A DNA stretch of 39,881 nt from NCBI GenBank assembly GCA_964595615.1, contig CAZQTE010000004.1, forward strand, positions 1 through 39,881, written 5' to 3'. The position numbers and the translations under genes were made by a program. The DNA comes from an uncultured Saprospiraceae bacterium. Lineage in GTDB: Bacteria > Bacteroidota > Bacteroidia > Chitinophagales > Saprospiraceae. Positions 36,177 to 39,881 of this stretch are shown piece after piece; within the stretch, counting starts at the first letter, position 1, and each line of letters starts with the position of its first letter. Below the pieces are notes generated by a model. That model saw only the letters and a list, made by a program, of their open reading frames with translations. It did not search any database and had not been told where the DNA came from.

Positions 36177-36459
36177 TAATGAAGATATTAGATTACCATT
36201 CTAAGGAATGCGAAAATAATAGATTCTGAATCTATTAATCTCACATTCCTAACTCGTTTATTAAGGGTTTTCTCATAAAAATATTTTAGTTTAGGTCTGA
36301 AAAGTCAAAATCACCAAAACGGATTTTCATGAAATATCCCTTTTTGTTGTTATCCTTTTTGTTATTATTAAACTAAAGAATAAACACCTGACCCAACCAT
36401 TCACTAAAAGAAGGCTGTCTAATAAGTAAAGTTTCATATTTCAGCATAAAATTAGCAAA

Positions 36460-37665
36460 ATGAAAAGTTTCAAACTCATCTTATCCTTCGCGTTCTTAGC
36501 ATTACTCGTTAGCTGTTCCAAAAATGAACGGGGCGTTGCACTTGAAGACGCAAGTTCTCCTGGTTTCTTTGATAGTGATAGCAGCAGCGGCAGCAGCCCA
36601 AGTGGCAGTAGCGGTAGTGCAGCAGAGGGCAGCAATAGTAATAATTCGGGATTGATTACAGCAGGCGAATGGAATGATTTAGAAAATTGGACTTATTGGA
36701 TAGACTCTTTACTCAATGGCGAAGAATACGCGTCTATGCCTGAGGTCTGGGGTATGTATCCAAAAAGTAGAGTATCTGTTCTTGTAGAACATAATTTTGG
36801 TCCTGCAATAGATATTGAGGTCGAGTTGCGAAAGAATGGAACAATGGTATGGAAAAATCGCACGGATAATAAGGGAAAAGCAGAGTTATGGATTGATTTA
36901 TTCGATTCTGGAATTGCAACAGACCTTAGCGATTATTCTCTTTACGTCGATGGCTCTTTTTATACTAGTAACTTAGTTCTATTTGAAGACGGTGTAAACC
37001 ATGTTCAATTGTTCTTCTTTCCAAACAATAACCTAAGCAAAGTTGACTTGGCATTCATCGTCGATGCAACTGGTTCTATGGGCGATGAGATTGATTTCTT
37101 AAAGAGTGATTTAAAAGATGTTATACAACGTGTCGAAAATGACAACTCTAGTCTTGACATCTCCACAGGAACGGTTTTCTACCGAGATGAAGGCGACGAA
37201 TATCTCGTCAAACATTCTCCCTTTACAGATAATATCGATAACACAATTGATTTCATTGGCAATCAGAACGCAAGCGGTGGCGGAGACTTCCCAGAAGCCG
37301 TGCATACTGCCCTAGATGAAGCGATTAATACGCTAAATTGGTCGGAAGAGGCACGAACGCGTATTGCATTTTTACTCTTAGATGCGCCACCTCATAAGAG
37401 AGAAGAAGTTATAAGCAGTTTGAACAGTTCAATCGTCAAAGCTGCTCAGCAAGGGATTAAATTAGTCCCTATAACAGCCAGTGGCGTTAATAAACAAACA
37501 GAATTTTTAATGCGCTTTTTCTCTATATCAACCAATAGCACTTACGTCTTTATCACCAATGATAGTGGTATTGGGAATAATCATATTGAGGCGAGTGTTG
37601 GAGAGTATGAAGTAGAATTTTTGAATGATTTAATGGTAAGATTGATTGCGGAGTATACAGATTAA
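36460..37665 (+). CDS. von Willebrand factor A domain lipoprotein
   Basis: 401 aa. Lipobox LLVSCS and a Ser/Gly-rich linker. MIDAS-type motif DLAFIVDATGSMGDEI. GGGDFPEAVHTAL and LLLDAPPH. Confidence 0.8.
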   Translation: MKSFKLILSFAFLALLVSCSKNERGVALEDASSPGFFDSDSSSGSSPSGSSGSAAEGSNSNNSGLITAGEWNDLENWTYWIDSLLNGEEYASMPEVWGMYPKSRVSVLVEHNFGPAIDIEVELRKNGTMVWKNRTDNKGKAELWIDLFDSGIATDLSDYSLYVDGSFYTSNLVLFEDGVNHVQLFFFPNNNLSKVDLAFIVDATGSMGDEIDFLKSDLKDVIQRVENDNSSLDISTGTVFYRDEGDEYLVKHSPFTDNIDNTIDFIGNQNASGGGDFPEAVHTALDEAINTLNWSEEARTRIAFLLLDAPPHKREEVISSLNSSIVKAAQQGIKLVPITASGVNKQTEFLMRFFSISTNSTYVFITNDSGIGNNHIEASVGEYEVEFLNDLMVRLIAEYTD

Positions 37666-37702
37666 TAGAGCAGTTTTTGATAGTCGGTCAAAATAGTGAA
37701 TG

Positions 37703-38010
37703 CTCACGTGGTGACTCCAAGTCGAATGCCGTCAACTTAGTGGAAGCGGCTTGTTTTTTTTAGACCCAGTCGGGCAAGCGAGGATTAACGGGATTACAGG
37801 ATTTCCGCCTTGAAGTGTTCCAGTTTTGACTAATACCTGCTCTGACGTGTTCCTATTTTGTACAAGTCAGAACAGGAACAAGTCAAAATTGGTACTATTC
37901 AAAATAGTAATCCTGTCATCCTGTTAATCCTCGCTTGCCCGACTGGGTCTAAGAATCCAAACAATGTGTTTCCTAAGTTGACGACATTCGACTCAAAGTC
38001 ACCTCGTGAG
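37703..38010. repeat. 308-nt imperfect foldback (144/145-nt arms, 19-nt centre); MITE-like or structured RNA/DNA element
   Basis: The left arm 37703-37846 pairs with the right arm 37866-38010. The terminal 38 nt match 33/38. The internal 29-nt core tagacccagtcgggcaagcgaggattaac (37761-37789) is perfectly complementary to 37923-37951. Confidence 0.85.
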
Positions 38011-38069
38011 TAAAAGTTATGCATCAGTCGTTTTCACTTATTACCCAGTTTTGTTTTGATGCTGTATAA

Positions 38070-38113
38070 CAAAAAAGACCTGACAGGATAGATTTCTTGT
38101 CAGGTCTTTTTTC
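38070..38113. terminator. Bidirectional intrinsic terminator between convergent genes
   Basis: 13-bp stem agacctgacagga / tcttgtcaggtct, flanked by A6 on the 5' side and T6 on the 3' side. Confidence 0.85.
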
Positions 38114-38130
38114 ATTCTAACTTTTCAATA

Positions 38131-39798
38131 TCACCCCACGCCAAACGGACTAAATACAAACCAAAGTAGCAATACTAAAATCACTAATACAACTGTTAAT
38201 ACAACATCCCTCGTCCATGTAAAAGGTGTTGCTTTTGCCCCTCTCTGGAAAGTAACTAATTCTAAAGATGCCTCTGGTTGCGGAGTCGTCATTTTGCTCA
38301 CTATCATCAACACCGCAGCACAGAAAAGAAATAAAAATAAGGCAAAGTGCAAGAAGTTAATACTTAAGAAATAAGCCAAAGGTCCACCTTCTGAAATGAT
38401 AATGCTCCCTGAATTTGACATAAACTCCATGACTAATCTGAATATTCCAACTGCAAATCCTGCCCACAATGTAACAATTGCACCTTTCGCATTTATCCAT
38501 TTGTAGAATAACCCTAACAAAAAGACAGCAGCAATCGGCGGCGAAATGTAGGCTTGAACACTTTGTAAATAATGGAAAATTCCGCCCCCCATCAAAGCAT
38601 TCATAAATGGAATCCAGCCCAAACTAACGACAACTAGAATAATCGTCGCTATTCGCCCAAAACGTACCAAGTCTTTCTCTGACGCATTAGGTTTATATTT
38701 TTGATAAAAATCAATCGTCAATAAGGTCGAACTAGAATTAAAAGCAGAAGACAAAGAACTCATCAATGCCGCCAATAATCCCGCTATCGCTAATCCCTTT
38801 AAACCAGCAGGTAAAAATTCCGTTATCAAAGTCGGCAAAGCTTGGTCGGCATTATCCATTGAGTAAGAAATCATTCCTTTTTGCATTAAAGCATAAGCAA
38901 TTACTCCTGGGATGAAAAATAAGAAAACAGGTAGCAATTTTAAATAACCTGCAAATAAAGCTCCTCTTCGAGCATTACTTACATCTTTGGCTGATAGTAC
39001 GCGCTGCACAATATATTGGTCGGTACACCAGTACCAAACACCCAAAATCGGCGCTCCAAAAAGCATTCCCGTCCACGGATATTCGGTATCTTCCATTGGT
39101 CGCCATAAATTAAAAAATCGGTCAACAGGAGGATTACCTTCTGTCTGTGCTGCTAATGAAATAGTATTTATCATCTCGTCCCAACCGCCCAATTGATACA
39201 ATCCAAAAATCGAAATAACCGCAGTTCCCAATAGCAAAATAAAGGCTTGTACCATATCGGTATAAATCACCGCTTTTAGTCCACCCAATACAGTATAGAA
39301 TCCTGTCGCAATCACCGTAATAATCGCCCCCGTCCAAAATGGAATCCCTAAAACCTCAAACACCAATGCGCCAGCGAAAATGATAAGCGAAATTTTTGTG
39401 ATGATATAAGCCAAAACAGAAACGACAGACAAGTAATTTCGACAAGCCGCAGAATAGCGTTTCTCTAAAAACTCTGGCATCGTATAAACTCCCGTTCGTA
39501 AATAGAAAGGTACAAATACCCAACCTAATAATATTAATACTAAAGAAGCTAATATCTCAAAATTAGCCATTGGCATATTCGCTCGTGCGCCTGCTCCCGA
39601 CACTCCCAAAATAATCTCTGAACCAATATTGGAAGCGAAAAGGGAGGCACCAATGACCAACCAACCTTGATCTTTTCCCGCTAAAAAGTAATCGATGGAT
39701 GAAAAACTGCCGTCTTCCTTTTTTTCAGAAGCCCATTTGGCTATCCAGAGGATTATTCCGAAATAAAGGGCAATAATTGAGTAATCTATAATCGTCAT
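38131..39798 (-). CDS. Sodium:solute symporter (SSF/SGLT family)
   Basis: 555 aa and polytopic. The N-terminal YFLAGK..GW.VIGASLFASNIGSE signature is typical of SSF transporters. Confidence 0.85.
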   Translation of the reverse strand: MTIIDYSIIALYFGIILWIAKWASEKKEDGSFSSIDYFLAGKDQGWLVIGASLFASNIGSEIILGVSGAGARANMPMANFEILASLVLILLGWVFVPFYLRTGVYTMPEFLEKRYSAACRNYLSVVSVLAYIITKISLIIFAGALVFEVLGIPFWTGAIITVIATGFYTVLGGLKAVIYTDMVQAFILLLGTAVISIFGLYQLGGWDEMINTISLAAQTEGNPPVDRFFNLWRPMEDTEYPWTGMLFGAPILGVWYWCTDQYIVQRVLSAKDVSNARRGALFAGYLKLLPVFLFFIPGVIAYALMQKGMISYSMDNADQALPTLITEFLPAGLKGLAIAGLLAALMSSLSSAFNSSSTLLTIDFYQKYKPNASEKDLVRFGRIATIILVVVSLGWIPFMNALMGGGIFHYLQSVQAYISPPIAAVFLLGLFYKWINAKGAIVTLWAGFAVGIFRLVMEFMSNSGSIIISEGGPLAYFLSINFLHFALFLFLFCAAVLMIVSKMTTPQPEASLELVTFQRGAKATPFTWTRDVVLTVVLVILVLLLWFVFSPFGVG

Positions 39799-39881
39799 GT
39801 CCTGTTTGATTTGGTTTTCCGTAATAAATCTAAGAACTCAAAGAAAGAGAATTTTACGGATTTGTCCAATAATCAACGACA

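Noticed and set aside
36441-36635. 64-aa Leu/Pro-rich minus-strand ORF
   Set aside because: It is the mirror image of the Ser/Gly-rich linker (agc/ggc repeats) at the N-terminus of the VWA lipoprotein gene, so it is an antisense artefact.
37790-37922. Calling the segment between the 29-bp cores a phase-variable inverton as a feature
   Set aside because: No recombinase gene is in the window, and the interior is itself largely palindromic, so inversion would change little. The idea is kept only as one testable hypothesis in the findings.
1-39881. tRNA, rRNA, CRISPR arrays, transposase/integrase/phage genes, classical toxin-antitoxin or restriction-modification pairs
   Set aside because: None is recognisable by eye in any frame or in the non-coding gaps. 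The two methyltransferases look like small-molecule or protein (class I and FkbM) types rather than DNA methyltransferases.

Overview
Bacteroidota-type segment, moderately AT-rich by eye. The phylum call is inferred from T9SS C-terminal sorting domains, a PorV-like gene, GEVED and BNR/LamG surface proteins, DUF6089 and the lack of Shine-Dalgarno-rich leaders. Gene order: partial gene end; class I SAM methyltransferase; Rep_3-like replication initiator; carotenoid genes crtI-crtB-crtY (minus strand); rhodanese lipoprotein; HIT hydrolase; greA. Then a minus-strand operon-like block of a CarboxypepD_reg/TonB-dependent (Oar-like) barrel, a 1348-aa secreted protein and a PorV/PorQ-like barrel. Then a HEAT-repeat protein; a 1230-aa esterase/GEVED T9SS cargo; an OMP barrel; a LysM-LysM-CAP protein; a 1680-aa BNR/LamG/PKD T9SS cargo; an FkbM methyltransferase; and DUF6089. 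Then a Cys/His-rich putative metal module (membrane protein, interrupted small CDACGC ORF, tandem His-rich lipoprotein, YbjQ); an AT-rich LRR protein; guanine deaminase; a VWA lipoprotein; and an SSF sodium:solute symporter. No tRNA, rRNA, CRISPR, transposase or integrase was seen. The most unusual content is non-coding. Almost every intergenic gap is built from degenerate heptamer-periodic arrays (TTCATAG, TAGAYNT, GGTTGNG, AGTTGGT), often arranged as inverted arrays or hairpins at gene ends. There are also two MITE-like insertions, one with 10-bp flanking direct repeats and one interrupting a small ORF. There is a hairpin family with a compensatory stem change, a 26-bp perfect nested palindrome, and a 308-nt foldback carrying 29-bp perfectly conserved inverted cores. 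The most interesting coding block is the TBDT-like / giant protein / PorV-like triad. All functional calls rest on motif recognition by eye; no searches were run.
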